Source: Harriotta raleighana | Taxonomy: Eukaryota | Length of the DNA stretch: 64,000 nucleotides | Reading direction: 5' to 3' | NCBI GenBank assembly: GCA_050575255.1 | Contig: JBNZDD010013683.1 | Location: forward strand, 1,083,282 to 1,147,281 | Shown: piece by piece, positions 63,309-64,000 of the stretch | Position numbering within the stretch: position 1 is the stretch's first letter | How the letters are laid out: each line of letters opens with the position of its first letter | Position numbers and translations under genes: made by a program | Notes under the pieces: model-generated | Told to the model about the DNA's origin: nothing | Databases searched by the model: none | Seen by the model: the letters and a program-made list of their open reading frames with translations, nothing else

Positions 63309-63644
63309 CAACAACAACAATAACAACAGCAACAGCAAAATTACACTTGTATAACGCCTTTCACATCAGGAGGGCGTCCCAAAGTTCTGGACAGTCATTG
63401 CTTCAGACCCAAGCTGGGATTGGGGACGGGGAGGATGGAGGGAAATGGGGGGATTTGGGGTGACCGATGGAACCGTCGAAACGGAGGGTCTTGCAGTGGG
63501 ACTTGAAGGAGGCCAGGGAGGGGACAAGGCGGAGGAACTGAAAGATGTAGTTCAAGAGTTTAGGGCAGAGTGGCTGAAGGCTCACCTGTCAATGGTGGGG
63601 CGGGTGGGTCGGGGAACATGGAGCAGGCCGGAGCCTACTGAGCA
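63309..63644 (-). mobile_element. L2 LINE 3' end
   Basis: Minus-strand translation SVGSGLLHVPRPTRPTIDR*AFSH / PKLLNYIFQFLRLVPSLASFKSHCKTLRFD. The tail ends in (ttg)n. Confidence 0.88.
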
Positions 63645-64000
63645 GCCAACATGAATTTATTTGTAAGAAGGTACCTAAGGCTGGTCAAGCCAAATTACCC
63701 AACAAATAAAACCAACACTAAGAGATCATTGCGCTGTTTTGCAGTACAATCACTGCTATGTTAATCCCTTGTAAGATTTAATTAAAAATTCTGATATTAT
63801 CACTTGGTAAATTACACAATATCCAAAAGTACTAAAGCACCTCAGCATTACAATAACACTGACCATCTCTAACTCGGATACTAACGAGTTTGACTTGGTC
63901 TCAAGTTCTCAACCTATTGCTGCCTTGCAACACATTTCATACTGAATGGTATGTATAATTCAGAGTGCAATTTCCAATGGGATAATTTGTTCTATTGCAA

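Noticed and set aside
1-64000. ORF track entries (60-144 aa) as protein-coding genes
   Set aside because: They are short, many use alternative starts, show no recognisable domains and often overlap SINEs or microsatellites. This fits random ORFs in vertebrate non-coding DNA.

Overview
This 64 kb window is AT-rich eukaryotic non-coding DNA, most likely a large intron or gene desert. The repeat inventory points to a cartilaginous fish, probably a holocephalan such as an elephant shark or chimaera (inferred, not confirmed by search). That inventory includes tRNA-head/Deu-tail SINEs, SacSINE/AmnSINE-like DeuSINEs, CR1 and L2 LINE 3' ends and a shark-type Penelope palindrome. I could not recognise any protein-coding gene. 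The ORF track looks spurious except where it picks up decayed LINE ORF2 C-termini. The window contains: (i) many copies of one ~300 bp SINE family and older DeuSINEs, several nested or inverted; (ii) CR1 and L2 3' ends; (iii) four copies of a TA-flanked pogo/Tigger-type MITE; (iv) a Penelope-derived palindrome carrying two degenerate minimal hammerhead ribozyme motifs; (v) several unexplained hairpins and dispersed direct repeats; (vi) repeat-free, motif-dense blocks that look like conserved enhancers; (vii) N-flanked duplicated segments near 26.8-27.3 kb that are almost certainly assembly artefacts. I found no evidence of a new multi-gene system. Repeat family names come from my recall of consensus sequences and need database confirmation.
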